Below, piece after piece: positions 1 through 10,203 of a stretch of DNA of 64,000 bases (positions are counted from its first letter, which is position 1; each line of letters opens with the position of its first letter). The stretch is from Polyangiales bacterium. Lineage in GTDB: Bacteria; Myxococcota_A; Polyangia; Polyangiales; Polyangiaceae. The stretch is taken from the NCBI GenBank assembly GCA_038231275.1, contig JBBRLQ010000015.1, positions 149,207 to 213,206 on the forward strand, in the 5' to 3' direction. A program made the translations under genes and the position numbers. The notes under the pieces were generated by a model that saw only the letters and a program-made list of their open reading frames with translations, was not told the DNA's origin and did not search any database.

Positions 1-1
1 G

Positions 2-17
2 TGGCCCGTTCGTTGCT
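2..17 (+). promoter_or_regulatory. Putative sigma-54 (-24/-12) promoter
   Basis: TGGCCCGTTCGTTGCT has GG-N10-GC spacing and resembles the consensus TGGCACG-N4-TTGC; predicted +1 is near 28 and the ATG is at 30. Confidence 0.55.
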
Positions 18-29
18 CTAGACCTCCTC

Positions 30-1121
30 ATGAGGAGTCGATTCTCTGCGGTGGTGTGCGGCGCGGGTGCCGCCGGCGCGATGCACGCGCTCGTGCTCCG
101 AACGGCCGGCGTCCAGATTCGCGGCGTGTTCGACCCCGATCCCGGCCGCGCGCGCGCGCTGGCGGAGATGCACGGCGCCGAAGTGTTCGCGAGCGAGGAG
201 GCGCTCTTTCGGTGCGACGCGAACATCGTCTGCGTGACGAGCCCTCCGCCGCTCCACGTCGCGCAGGCCGAGCACGCGGCGCGAGCGTGGTCCTCCTCGT
301 CGGCGGCGGCGTCGCGGCCGACGGCGGAGCGGATCCTCTTCGTCGAGAAGCCGCTCGCGACGACGCGTGAAGAGCTGACGCGCCTCCTCGAGGTGCCAGG
401 GTGCGTGCCGATCGTGCAATGGCGCGCGGGACGAGCGCTGCGGGCAGTGCGCGCGGCGATCGCGCAGGGCGAGCTCGGACCGGCGCCGTCGGTGAGCGCG
501 GATCTCGCGTGGAGCCGCGACGAGGCGTACTTCGCAGCCGGACGCGGCACGCTCGCGCAGTGGGGATGCGGCGTGCTCTTGTCGGTGGGCGTCCACGCGA
601 TCGACGCGATCGGATGGGCCATGGGACGGCGATTCCGCGCGGCGCACGGCGTCCTCGAGCGCGCGGGGACAGGAGCGGCCACCGAGATCGAGACGCGCGC
701 GGCCATGCTCATGGTGTTCGAAGGCGGCGGCCTCGCGTCGGTGCGCGCGACGTTCGACGCTGGACCTGACGCGACGTGCCTCTCGTTCGCGGGCGGCGGC
801 GTGACCGCGACGATCCGCGGCGGCGAGCTCGATCCTACCGCGAGCTCCGTCGAGTGGGCATGCGCGGACAACGCCCGCCTGACGCGACTGCGTGCGCTCG
901 AATCGGGCGCGAGCGGCGCGACAGCGCCTCCGCTCCTCGTGCCGTTCCTGATGGACGCCGTCGCGGCGCTCGCGGCCGGCGCCGCCCCCGGCGCGTGCGA
1001 CGCGCTCCCCGGCGTGCGCGACGTATGGGACGCGCACGCGGCGATCCTCGACGTCTACGCGATGTCCGCCTCCGCGGCGGTGACGTCGGTAGGTGTTCGC
1101 CCATCCTCTGCAAGTCGATGA
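30..1121 (+). CDS. Gfo/Idh/MocA family oxidoreductase
   Basis: N-terminal Rossmann GAGAAG, TSPPPLH, FVEKPLA and GVHAID motifs. Confidence 0.85.
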   Translation: MRSRFSAVVCGAGAAGAMHALVLRTAGVQIRGVFDPDPGRARALAEMHGAEVFASEEALFRCDANIVCVTSPPPLHVAQAEHAARAWSSSSAAASRPTAERILFVEKPLATTREELTRLLEVPGCVPIVQWRAGRALRAVRAAIAQGELGPAPSVSADLAWSRDEAYFAAGRGTLAQWGCGVLLSVGVHAIDAIGWAMGRRFRAAHGVLERAGTGAATEIETRAAMLMVFEGGGLASVRATFDAGPDATCLSFAGGGVTATIRGGELDPTASSVEWACADNARLTRLRALESGASGATAPPLLVPFLMDAVAALAAGAAPGACDALPGVRDVWDAHAAILDVYAMSASAAVTSVGVRPSSASR

Positions 1122-1219
1122 GACCGCGGCGCAGGGGCTCGTCCTTCGGAGGGCGGCAGTTCCTGTCTAAGCGCTGACGATCACGTTCGACGCGTCGCTC
1201 GCGGCCCTCTCTCGCGCGG

Positions 1220-2239
1220 CTATCGGGTGATCCTGAGGAGCCGCGTCGCTCCGCTCGCTTCATGGATCGTCGCGACGAACGCGAAGGGGCCGTCCACCCC
1301 GACGCTGGTGGGGGTCTCGCCAGGGAGCGTCACACGCACCACCGCGCCGCCGCTCGGCCGCAGCGCTAGGCGCGCGCCTTGCGGCTCCGTCCACGCGACG
1401 CCGATCGCGTCCACCGCGAGGTGTGCCTCGCCGACCCGCGCGCGTGCCTCGCCGAGCGACTCGACGGCGCCTCCGCGCACGTCCGCCCGCCACACCTTCT
1501 CGCCGCCAATCCAGTACACCCAGCGATCGAAGAACACGAGCGGCCCGCGCGCGGCGTCGGCCCTCCCGAGCACGCGACGCGTCCCGGCTTCGTCCCGCGT
1601 GACGAGGCGCCCGTCGGGAGGGTTCGCGTAGGAATCCGCTTCGATCCAGAGGACGCGACCATGAAGCGCGCCCACGTCCTCCACGTCGTCCTCAGCGAGC
1701 GCCGCGATTTCGACGCTGCCGCCGCCCGACGGCACGCGGAGAATGCGTCGTTTGTCTGCAATATACACATATCCACCGTCGGCGGCGATCGCGCGAGGCG
1801 GGGGACCGGGATTCATTGCGGCGAGGACGCGCGTGGAGCCGCCGTCCTTCGGGACCGCGAGGACGCGCGCGCAGTCCGGAACGTGCGCGCCGCCGGCGGC
1901 ATACGCGACGTCCCCTTCGCAGGGGCGCGCCTCGACGACGTACACACGGCCCGCGTCGGAGGCGATGAGCGTGGGCGAAACACCGCCGAGCGGCGCGTCG
2001 TAGAGCGTCGATGCGTCGCTGCCGGTATGGCTCGCGCGCACGACGCCGTGCCACGTCGCGAGGAAGACATGGGACGCATCGACCGCCACCGCCGCCGCAC
2101 CACGCTCGGGAAGAACGAGCAGCGTCGCGACGTCGCCATGCGCGCGCGGGGTCTCGCTCGGTCTCCCCATGCACGCGCCGAGCATCGCGCTCAGCGCGCT
2201 CAGCGCGATTGCCGACGCGACGCGACGGAACCGCGTCAC
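1220..2239 (-). CDS. Lipoprotein with probable beta-propeller repeats
   Basis: Lipobox LGAC; repeated blades such as AVDASHVFLA, IAADGGYVYIAD and LAVDAIGVAWT. Confidence 0.6.
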   Translation of the reverse strand: MTRFRRVASAIALSALSAMLGACMGRPSETPRAHGDVATLLVLPERGAAAVAVDASHVFLATWHGVVRASHTGSDASTLYDAPLGGVSPTLIASDAGRVYVVEARPCEGDVAYAAGGAHVPDCARVLAVPKDGGSTRVLAAMNPGPPPRAIAADGGYVYIADKRRILRVPSGGGSVEIAALAEDDVEDVGALHGRVLWIEADSYANPPDGRLVTRDEAGTRRVLGRADAARGPLVFFDRWVYWIGGEKVWRADVRGGAVESLGEARARVGEAHLAVDAIGVAWTEPQGARLALRPSGGAVVRVTLPGETPTSVGVDGPFAFVATIHEASGATRLLRITR

Positions 2240-2730
2240 GGGACCTCGACGCGCACGCGCACGTCGGGGCGGAGCTTCAGTGTGCCGAGCATCGCGCGGT
2301 ACGGTGTGATGCCGAAGTCCGGTTGATGGAGCGTGATCTCGGCCACGCGAAGCTCGCCTTCCTGGCGCGTCGTGAACGAGATGGAGCGCGTGACCCCGTG
2401 CAGCGTCAGATCGCCGCGCACGAGGAAGCCATCGCCGGCGCGCTCAACGGAGGTCGAGACGAAGCGGATCTCCGGGAAGCGCGACGCGTGGAGGACCTCC
2501 TCCGCGATCGTGGCCTCGATCTTCTTGCGGTCGCTGGCCGAGAGCGCAGATGGGTCGTCCTTGCCATGCTTTCGTGCGCACACCACGCGCAGCGAGCGCG
2601 CGTCGAACGTCGCCTCCACCTTGTCGTCCCCATCGCAGCGCACGTCGTGGCGCTCGACCGAAATCCTGAGATCGTGCGCGATCGCGGAAAGGAGGCCGTC
2701 CTTGAAGGTGAAGACCGTGCACGCGCTCAC
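2236..2730 (-). CDS. YceI family protein
   Basis: LHASRFPEIRFVST, GDLTLHGVTR and DFGITP motifs; stop overlaps the start of the downstream gene. Confidence 0.85.
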   Translation of the reverse strand: MSACTVFTFKDGLLSAIAHDLRISVERHDVRCDGDDKVEATFDARSLRVVCARKHGKDDPSALSASDRKKIEATIAEEVLHASRFPEIRFVSTSVERAGDGFLVRGDLTLHGVTRSISFTTRQEGELRVAEITLHQPDFGITPYRAMLGTLKLRPDVRVRVEVP

Positions 2731-2739
2731 GGATGTATT

Positions 2740-3627
2740 TTACCTCACCGGCGTAGCGACCGGCGGAAACAGCCTCCGGAACGCCCGCGGCGACGACGCG
2801 CGGTAAATCGTGTCGTGGTGCTCGGATGGCATCGGCTCGAAGAACCACGTGAGGCCAGGCGGTGCGTCCGTCTTCAGCACACCGGCGAACGCCGCGATCG
2901 CGTCGTTGCGATCGTCGTCGCCGGCCACCGTGAGGAACAAGGTCCGTGCCGGTCTGCCGGGTCCCTTCAACGACGTCGCCGCCCTGCGCACGAGCTCGCG
3001 ATCGTTCCACCAGAGGCTGGGGCTGATCGCGATGTACGTGTCGAAGAGCTGCGGCTCGTGTAGGAACGTCTCGACGACGAAGAGGCCCGCGAGAGACTCG
3101 CCGACGATCGCGGTCGTGCCGTCCCCGCGGACCCGGCCGCGCATGGTGGGCATCAGCTCGTCGCGGATGAACGCGCGAAAGTTGGCGGAGCCGCCGACGC
3201 GCGGGGCGATTTTTCGATCGGACTCGACCTGCGTCGGGCCGGTCATGTCGCGCCGGCGCTCCGTGTTCTCGATGCCGACGACGATGACACCGCGCATGGC
3301 GTGCGCGCGCACCGCCGCGTCGATGGTCTCGGTCACGTGAGGAAAGTCCTCCTGCTCACCGCCGTCCGGCATGTAGACGATCGGGAAGGAGGCACCCGGC
3401 GCGTCCGCGTAGCCCGGCGGCGTGTAGACGTTGATCCGGCGAGCTTCGCCCAGCACCTTCGAGACGAGTGTGAACGTCTCGTGCGTCACGCCCGCGTCGG
3501 GCAGAGGAAGCGGAGCGGCGACCCGAGGAGGCGTGGGTGCCGTCGTTTCGCACGCGAGCGCAGGGAGCAGAGCAAGCAGCAGAGCAAGCAGCAGGGTGAC
3601 CAACAGCACGCGTGAGGTCCGGTCCAT
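2740..3627 (-). CDS. Alpha/beta hydrolase lipoprotein (IroE/Fes-like esterase)
   Basis: VYTPPGY, YMPDGG, nucleophile motif GESLAG, ISPSLWW; lipobox ALAC; ATG at 3627 preferred over the longer ORF start. Confidence 0.85.
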   Translation of the reverse strand: MDRTSRVLLVTLLLALLLALLPALACETTAPTPPRVAAPLPLPDAGVTHETFTLVSKVLGEARRINVYTPPGYADAPGASFPIVYMPDGGEQEDFPHVTETIDAAVRAHAMRGVIVVGIENTERRRDMTGPTQVESDRKIAPRVGGSANFRAFIRDELMPTMRGRVRGDGTTAIVGESLAGLFVVETFLHEPQLFDTYIAISPSLWWNDRELVRRAATSLKGPGRPARTLFLTVAGDDDRNDAIAAFAGVLKTDAPPGLTWFFEPMPSEHHDTIYRASSPRAFRRLFPPVATPVR

Positions 3628-3759
3628 TTTCCCGGCGAGTCTACTCGACCTCAAGCGATCGCCGTCGCACGTGGCACCACATCCGTTGCGTCCCGCCCGA
3701 CAAGGGGGAAAATGCAGCTACCCCGCGCGCGTGTAGTGTGCCAATCCTCACGGAGCCCC

Positions 3760-5130
3760 ATGACCTCGAAGAACCTCCTTTTTGCGCTTTTGCTGGTGTT
3801 GCCGTCGTGCAGCTCGTCCAAGTCCACCACTCCGGCCACGCCGGCGGACGACGGCGGGACGATCCCTCCGGTCGACGCGGGAGCCGACGCCGCCACCGAT
3901 CCGTGCGCGGGCGCGACCGGTCCTTGCAAGGTCTTCGCGGCTGGCGCCAAGGAGAGCGACATCGCCAACGCCATCGCGACCGCCACGACGGGCAGCACCT
4001 TCGTCTTCGGCGCCGGGCTGTTCGCGTTCACCAACACGCTCACGTTCACGGCGAAGAACGTGACGGTGATGGGCGCCGGGATGGAACAGACCATCTTCGA
4101 CTTCAAGGGCCTCGTCTCCGGCTCGAGCGGCACCGGCGTCGACGTCCTCGACGGCTCCGACGGCTTCACGATCAAGAACCTCGCGGTGCGCGACACGTTC
4201 AAGAACGGCATCAAGGTGAAGGGCTCGACCGGCGTAACCTTCCAGGGCGTCAAAGTCTCGTGGACCAACCCCGACGCGAAGACCCACGGCGACTACGCGC
4301 TCTACCCGGTCTTCTGCAAGAAGGTGCTCGTCGAGAACTGCGACATCTCCGGCTCGTCCGACGCCGGAATCTACGTCGGCCAATCGCAGACGATCATCGT
4401 GCGCAACAACGTGTCGCACGACAACGTCGCCGGCATCGAGATCGAGAACTCGTACGACGCCGAGGTCTACAAGAACACCGCCAAGAACAACACGGGCGGC
4501 CTCCTCGTGTTCGATCTCCCGGGCAGCGGCAACCAGCACGACGGGCACAACGTCCACGTGCACGACAACATCGTCGACTCGAACAACACGCAGAACTTCA
4601 ACGCCACCGGCAGCACCGTCGCGCAGGTTCCGGCGGGCACCGGCACGTTCGTGCTCGGCACGCGCGACGTCGAGATCGACCACAACACGTTCACCAACAA
4701 CGGGACGACGCCGTTCTCGGTGGTCAGCTACTACGTCTCGAGCCCGAGCTGGACGCAGTCGCAGGATCCGCTCTACCACCCGGTGTCGAAGCGCGTGTAC
4801 TTCCACGACAACACGATGACCGGGAATGGGAAGGACGCCGATCTCACGACGCAGCTGGGCCTCCTGTTGTCGTCGGGGCGCTCGGTGTACCCGCACGGGA
4901 ACGTGCCGGAGGTCCTCGTCGATGGAATCTCCGATCCGAACGACGTCGTCCCCAGCGCGCCGGCCGGCAACCCGACGTACGTGTGCCTCGGGAACAACGG
5001 GACCGTCGACTTCGCGAACCTCCATTTCGACCAGCTCAAGCCGGACGGGTCGAATTTCGCGCAGGGTCTGACGTTCGACGCGACGGCCTACAACTGCACG
5101 CTCCCGGCGCTCCCCGCCGTGACCTTCTAG
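3760..5130 (+). CDS. Parallel beta-helix lipoprotein (TIGR03805-like)
   Basis: GDYALYPV, SDAGIYVGQS, NVAGIEIENS and NNTGGLLVFDLP motifs; lipobox LPSC; paired with a diheme cytochrome gene. Confidence 0.8.
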   Translation: MTSKNLLFALLLVLPSCSSSKSTTPATPADDGGTIPPVDAGADAATDPCAGATGPCKVFAAGAKESDIANAIATATTGSTFVFGAGLFAFTNTLTFTAKNVTVMGAGMEQTIFDFKGLVSGSSGTGVDVLDGSDGFTIKNLAVRDTFKNGIKVKGSTGVTFQGVKVSWTNPDAKTHGDYALYPVFCKKVLVENCDISGSSDAGIYVGQSQTIIVRNNVSHDNVAGIEIENSYDAEVYKNTAKNNTGGLLVFDLPGSGNQHDGHNVHVHDNIVDSNNTQNFNATGSTVAQVPAGTGTFVLGTRDVEIDHNTFTNNGTTPFSVVSYYVSSPSWTQSQDPLYHPVSKRVYFHDNTMTGNGKDADLTTQLGLLLSSGRSVYPHGNVPEVLVDGISDPNDVVPSAPAGNPTYVCLGNNGTVDFANLHFDQLKPDGSNFAQGLTFDATAYNCTLPALPAVTF

Positions 5131-5139
5131 AGGAGTCCC

Positions 5140-6306
5140 GTGCGAAAGGAAGCGGCGCTCTTCGGCGTGCTCGCGCTCGCGGCGTGCGGCGGCTCGCTCT
5201 CGATTCGGCTGCCGGACGGAGACGACGGCGGCGCGGATTCGGGTGGGCCTTCGCTGCCGACGCCGCAGCCTCACGCGATCACGCCGGGCTGTACGCCAGG
5301 CGGCGACGGCTCGTACCTGACGACGCCGTACCCGACGCTCGACGCGTATTGCATAGTCTCGCTCGTGAACGGCACTCCGACCTACGGCTCGGGCATCGTG
5401 CCGTATGATCTGAACACCCCGCTCTTCAGCGACTACGCGGTGAAGCGCCGCGCGGTGTACTTGCCGCCCGGGAAGACGGCGACGTACAGCGCGAACGAGA
5501 TCTTCGAGTTCCCGGTCGGCACCGTGCTCATCAAATCGTTCGGCTTCCCCGACGACGCGCGAAAGGCCGCGCCGATCATGAAGTGGATCGAGACGCGCCT
5601 CATCGTGCGCGTCGAGGGCGGCTGGAAGGCGTACGCGTACCTCTGGGACGACGCGCAGCAGGTGGCGACCTACAACCCGGGCGGCCGCGCGCTGCAGGTG
5701 TCGTGGATCGACGCGACCGGGACGAAGAAGGAGCACGGGTACCTGCAGCCGTCGCAGACGCAGTGCCAGCAGTGCCACGAGGACAGCGGCACCGTCACGC
5801 CGATCGGCCCCAAGGCGCGCAACTTGAACCGCGACTTCGCGTACGGCGACAAGACCGAGAACCAGCTCGCGCGCTGGACGAGCGCCAAGATCCTGACCGG
5901 CGCGCCCTCCGATCCGACGACCGCGCCAAAGCTCGCGGTGTGGGACGACGTCGCGCACTTCGCAGTGGATCAACGCGCCCGCGCGTACCTCGAAGTGAAC
6001 TGCGCGCACTGCCATGACGCGGTCGGCTCCGCGAGCACGAGCGGCCTCTTCTTGTGGGCGAGCGAGACCGATCCGACGCGCTACGGCGTGTGTAAGGAGC
6101 CGCTGTCCGCGGGCGGGAGCGTCGGCGCGCGTACGTGGGACGTGGTGCCGGGCGATCCCGACGCGTCGATTCTCTGGTTCCGAATGGCGGCCACGCAGCC
6201 GGGCATCGCGATGCCGCAGATCAGCCGCGACGTCGTCGACAAAGAGGCCGTCGCCCTCATCCGCGACTGGATCACTGGCCTCCCGAAGGCCCCCTGCAAC
6301 AAATAG
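5140..6306 (+). CDS. SO2930-family diheme c-type cytochrome lipoprotein (TIGR03806-like)
   Basis: YDLNTPLFSDYAVKRR, FPVGTVLIKSF, ETRL; two CxxCH motifs (CQQCH, CAHCH); distal Met candidate in AMPQ; lipobox LAAC; GGAG SD upstream. Confidence 0.85.
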   Translation: MRKEAALFGVLALAACGGSLSIRLPDGDDGGADSGGPSLPTPQPHAITPGCTPGGDGSYLTTPYPTLDAYCIVSLVNGTPTYGSGIVPYDLNTPLFSDYAVKRRAVYLPPGKTATYSANEIFEFPVGTVLIKSFGFPDDARKAAPIMKWIETRLIVRVEGGWKAYAYLWDDAQQVATYNPGGRALQVSWIDATGTKKEHGYLQPSQTQCQQCHEDSGTVTPIGPKARNLNRDFAYGDKTENQLARWTSAKILTGAPSDPTTAPKLAVWDDVAHFAVDQRARAYLEVNCAHCHDAVGSASTSGLFLWASETDPTRYGVCKEPLSAGGSVGARTWDVVPGDPDASILWFRMAATQPGIAMPQISRDVVDKEAVALIRDWITGLPKAPCNK

Positions 6307-6350
6307 CGAGCGCGTTGCACCGGCACCGAAGTGCGCTATCTGTTCGCCTC

Positions 6351-6665
6351 ATGAAGCTGAACCCGTCCTGGTCCCGCCTCCTCGAGAGCTACAAGCTCGA
6401 TCACCAGAACCCCAAGAACCAGGCGTGCCACAAGGTCGGGATCCCGATGATCGCCGCGTCGATCCCGCTTGCGTTCACCGTCGTCGGCCTGCCGCTCGCG
6501 GCCGGGCTCTTCTCGGTCGGGTGGACGTTCCAGTTCGTCGGCCACGCGTTCGAGGGCAAGAAGCCGTCGTTCGTCGAGGACAAGCGCGCCCTCGTCATCG
6601 GGCTCATGTGGTGGGCCGAGAAATCGGGCCTCCTCGAGCTCGAGACCACCGCCGCCGCCGCGTAA
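6351..6665 (+). CDS. DUF962/Mpo1-like membrane protein
   Basis: HQNPKNQACHKVGIP and QFVGHAFEGKKPSF motifs. Confidence 0.85.
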   Translation: MKLNPSWSRLLESYKLDHQNPKNQACHKVGIPMIAASIPLAFTVVGLPLAAGLFSVGWTFQFVGHAFEGKKPSFVEDKRALVIGLMWWAEKSGLLELETTAAAA

Positions 6666-6720
6666 TCCCTGGGGTTTTCGGTTCGCGAAATTTCAGAGGG
6701 CGAGCGCCGACTCGTACCTT

Positions 6721-7044
6721 ATGGAAGCCAATCTCGTCGCCGTCGACTCTCCCACCTCGAACGAACGCCTCGCGGCCTTCTTCGCCCATGCGGGCACGTT
6801 CGTCGCGTGGACGATCGCGCCGCTCGTCGTCTACTTGATCAAGCGCGGTGAGTCGCGCTTCGTCGAGTACCAGGCGCTGCAGGCGCTGCTCTGGTCGCTC
6901 GGCGGCACCGTGATCAGCCTCGCCACGTGCGGCCTCGCGATCCCGGTCTTCATGCTCTTCCACGTGCTCGCGGCCATCAAGGCGGCCAACGGCGAGACGT
7001 ACGAGTATCCGATAGTTTCCGACATCGCGAAGAAGCTCATGTGA
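6721..7044 (+). CDS. DUF4870 membrane protein
   Basis: ERLAAFFAH, PLVVYL, QALQAL and AAIKAANGETYEYP motifs. Confidence 0.8.
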   Translation: MEANLVAVDSPTSNERLAAFFAHAGTFVAWTIAPLVVYLIKRGESRFVEYQALQALLWSLGGTVISLATCGLAIPVFMLFHVLAAIKAANGETYEYPIVSDIAKKLM

Positions 7045-7066
7045 CGCGGAGCGACCCGAAGCTTGG

Positions 7067-8263
7067 CTACGGCAGGATCTTCGCGAGCGGCGCGACCCAT
7101 ACTTGGCCGACCGCGTCGCCGTTCAAGCGGTACGCGAGGGCGCGCGGGTTTGACATCACGCACATCGCGTCGGGGACGAAGAGCTGGCCGGTGCCGAGCT
7201 GCACAGCCGTGAGCGTTCCCTTCACGACGTCGTAGCCCCAGATGCCGACGGCGCTCGCGTAGAGGACGGTGTCTCCGTCGGCCGCGATGCGCGCGATGAA
7301 GGTGTGCTCGTTGGCGGGCGATCCGCGGAAGATCGGCGGGATCGCCTTCGCCTCGTCGGCCAGCTCGACGCGCGACGCGTTGTCGTAGCCGCGGTAGAGG
7401 CGAATCGACGGCACCGGGCCGGTGCGCGCATACGAGACGACGAGCCCGCTCGCGATCGGCAGCGTGTCGTACGTCGTGAGGCCGCCATCGAAGACCACCG
7501 ACGTCGTCGTCTTCGCCGCGACGTCGACGACGTACAAGGGATACGGCGGGTTCACGTCGCCGGGGATGACCACCTTGCCGTTCGCGTAGCTGCTCGGCGG
7601 CTGCGGCGTCGAGAGCACGGTGGAGACGTCGTCGGTCTGGCCATTGGAGGCGGTCCACTTGCGCGCCTTGGTGCCGTTCAGCGCCACGCCGCCGACGTTC
7701 TGATCGAGGCGCAGCACGCCGGTGGCGTCGGCGAAGTAGTTGTACGCGTACGGCAAGCTCGTGACGAGCGTGGCGGGCTGCGTCGCGTCGTACACGTCGA
7801 GCGCGGTGTACCCGGCGTGATCGGCCGCGATGAACGCATCGGACGCGAACGGCGTGCGACGCGGCGCCTTGAAGCCGTAGTCGAGCTGCTTCTGCGTGTC
7901 GTAGCGCCACGAGTGCATCGTGCCGCCTTGATCGCGCCACACGACGTTCGACGCGCTGCACGTGATCGTCGAACCCTGCGAGGTGAGCGGCCCCGGAATG
8001 CGGAGCGCGGTGAGGCGCGCGGCCGCCGCGGCGAATGTTTCGGGACCCGTGGCCGGTGCATCGGTGTCGCTCGCGTCGGGGAGCGGAGAGCCGCCCGAGT
8101 CTGGTTCACCCCCGTCGGGCGTGACGATCGGCGCTCCGTCGGCGCTCGTCCCCGCGTCAGGATCTGCCGCCGACGTGCCGGTGCGAATGTCCCCACAGCC
8201 TGCCGCGAGCAGCAGCACCACCACCACCAAGGACAGAGACGAACGACCGTTGGCGAGGCGCAT
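7067..8263 (-). CDS. Hypothetical lipoprotein, beta-rich (possible propeller)
   Basis: GGAGAGG SD before ATG 8263; lipobox AAGC; Asp/Gly/Ser linker followed by a beta-strand-rich domain. Confidence 0.65.
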   Translation of the reverse strand: MRLANGRSSLSLVVVVLLLAAGCGDIRTGTSAADPDAGTSADGAPIVTPDGGEPDSGGSPLPDASDTDAPATGPETFAAAAARLTALRIPGPLTSQGSTITCSASNVVWRDQGGTMHSWRYDTQKQLDYGFKAPRRTPFASDAFIAADHAGYTALDVYDATQPATLVTSLPYAYNYFADATGVLRLDQNVGGVALNGTKARKWTASNGQTDDVSTVLSTPQPPSSYANGKVVIPGDVNPPYPLYVVDVAAKTTTSVVFDGGLTTYDTLPIASGLVVSYARTGPVPSIRLYRGYDNASRVELADEAKAIPPIFRGSPANEHTFIARIAADGDTVLYASAVGIWGYDVVKGTLTAVQLGTGQLFVPDAMCVMSNPRALAYRLNGDAVGQVWVAPLAKILP

Positions 8264-8332
8264 GACGCCCTCTCCCGTGACACGAAGGAACCCCAATGAC
8301 AACCGAATCGCCATAAAATAGCGCGAAAACGC

Positions 8333-9250
8333 CTATTTCTGCGGCGTCACGGGGAAGACGAGCGCGAACGAGCGCGGGCCGGTCGTGAAGAGGAGCGTCT
8401 CCTTCGAGTGCGCCTCTTTGCGGTAGTGCGGGTACCAGGGCTGCGCGCGCCAGGCGTCGGTGTCCTTCACGAGCTCGGGGACGATGAGGTCGAGCTCGAC
8501 GTAGCGGCCGCCGGTCTTGGCGACGAGCGCGGGGCCGAAGCTCCATGCCTCGTGACCGGGCCGCGGCGCCGCGTCGTTGTGCATCGCGCCGCCGTACGCC
8601 ACGATCATCCGCGAGGCCGACGCGTCGTCGCCGCTCTTGTCGAGGAGCGCGCCGACGTCGCGGGCCGTGAGGCGCGCGATCATCGACAGCATCGCGTCGA
8701 TGTCGCCGCCGCCGGCGTCGAGGATGCGCTCGTACTCGTCGCACCCGGGGACGAGCGCGTGGGGCATCACGCCGAGCTTTTTCGCGGCGTCGCCGAGGAG
8801 CATGAATTCGTTCTGGTTGGTGGGGGCTTGGGTGGCGGTGACGTCCTTCTGCTGCTTTTGGACCTTCTCCACCTTCTTCACGCACGCAGGGTTTCCGACC
8901 CAGAGCTCGATGACGAGATCGCTCGCCCGTCCTCCGAGCGCCGGGAGAAGCCCGTCGGTGAATCGCTTGGTCGCCGACGTGACGTTCTCTACGTCCTTCT
9001 GCGCGTGCGTCTCGCCAACCGCGAGCACGCGCGGGTTCTCGGCGAGCACCTTGGCGAACGCCTCCGCCGGCGACGCGAGGACCGCGCACGGCATCTCCGC
9101 GTCGCACGAACCGGTCGCGAGTGCCGCGCTCGAAGACGCGCCCGCGCTCGGACCAGGCGCACCCGGTGCGACGCTCGAAGCCCGCGAGCACGCGACGGAG
9201 AGGGTGGATGCGGCTGCGAATGCGACGGAGAGAATGGCCGTGATTCGCAC
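8333..9250 (-). CDS. Lipoprotein, possible ChaN/EreA/TIKI-fold domain
   Basis: Lipobox SVAC; VLAVGETH, LVIEL and YGGAMHN resemble the superfamily motifs; GTG start 6 nt after TACCAT. Confidence 0.5.
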   Translation of the reverse strand: MRITAILSVAFAAASTLSVACSRASSVAPGAPGPSAGASSSAALATGSCDAEMPCAVLASPAEAFAKVLAENPRVLAVGETHAQKDVENVTSATKRFTDGLLPALGGRASDLVIELWVGNPACVKKVEKVQKQQKDVTATQAPTNQNEFMLLGDAAKKLGVMPHALVPGCDEYERILDAGGGDIDAMLSMIARLTARDVGALLDKSGDDASASRMIVAYGGAMHNDAAPRPGHEAWSFGPALVAKTGGRYVELDLIVPELVKDTDAWRAQPWYPHYRKEAHSKETLLFTTGPRSFALVFPVTPQK

Positions 9251-9307
9251 ACCTGCATGGTACACGGACGTCGAGCGAATCGCCGCGCCGCGTGGCACAA
9301 TCACATC

Positions 9308-10174
9308 GTGACGAGCCCCACGCCGCGCGCGCCGCGAAGACCCGAAGGGTGGGTCGCGCCGGGACCACCGCCGGTCGGCGATCGCGGGCGCGCCGATCTC
9401 GCGCCGACCGACGACGAAGATCTCTCGCTCCTCTCCGGCGACTGGCGCGTCTTCCAACAGAAGCGCGGGCACCGCTGGTCGCTCGACGATCTCGTGACCG
9501 CCGCCATCGCCGCGTGGGCCGTCCCGAAGCCGCCGGCGCGCGCGCTCGATCTCGGTTGCGGCATCGGCTCCGTCCTCATGATGATCGCGTGGCGATTTCC
9601 GGAGGCGAAGGTCCTGGGGATCGAAGCGCAGGAGCTCTCGCTAGGGATGGCGCGTCGCTCGCTCGCGTGGAACGGCGCCGACGCGCGCGTCGAGGTCCGT
9701 CACGGCGATCTGCGCGATCCGGCGACGCTCCCGGAGGGCGCCACGTTCGATCTCGTCACCGGCACGCCGCCGTATTTCCCGATCGGCGAGGGCGTCGAAT
9801 CGGACAGACCGCAGTGCGCGCCGTGCCGCTTCGAGCACCGCGGCGGCGTCGAGGACTACTGCGAAGCGGCGGCGCGCGCCCTCACCCCGGACGGGCTCTT
9901 CGTCATGTGCGCGGCGTCGGGCGAAGCGGAGCGTGTACGAGAAGGAGCGAGGACGGCGGCGCTCGACGTCACGGCGATCCGCGAGATCGTCCCGCGCGAG
10001 GGAAAGGCTCCGCTCGTCACCGTCTTCACGCTGACCAAGCAAGCGCGCGGCGGTGGCGCGGGGCCCGCAGCCTCGACGCGCCTCGTGGTCCGTGACGCGA
10101 AGGGGGTCTGGACCACGGAATTTGCGTCCGTTCGTCGTGAGATGGGCATGCCCGACCGCCCACCGCGCGCTTAA
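9308..10174 (+). CDS. tRNA1(Val) m6A37 methyltransferase-like (TrmN6/YfiC family)
   Basis: GHRWSLDD, LDLGCGIG, GIEAQ, GTPPYF and CRFE motifs. Confidence 0.75.
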   Translation: MTSPTPRAPRRPEGWVAPGPPPVGDRGRADLAPTDDEDLSLLSGDWRVFQQKRGHRWSLDDLVTAAIAAWAVPKPPARALDLGCGIGSVLMMIAWRFPEAKVLGIEAQELSLGMARRSLAWNGADARVEVRHGDLRDPATLPEGATFDLVTGTPPYFPIGEGVESDRPQCAPCRFEHRGGVEDYCEAAARALTPDGLFVMCAASGEAERVREGARTAALDVTAIREIVPREGKAPLVTVFTLTKQARGGGAGPAASTRLVVRDAKGVWTTEFASVRREMGMPDRPPRA

Positions 10175-10203
10175 GTCCGCCGCCTCCGCGGACGTACTTC
10201 CTC

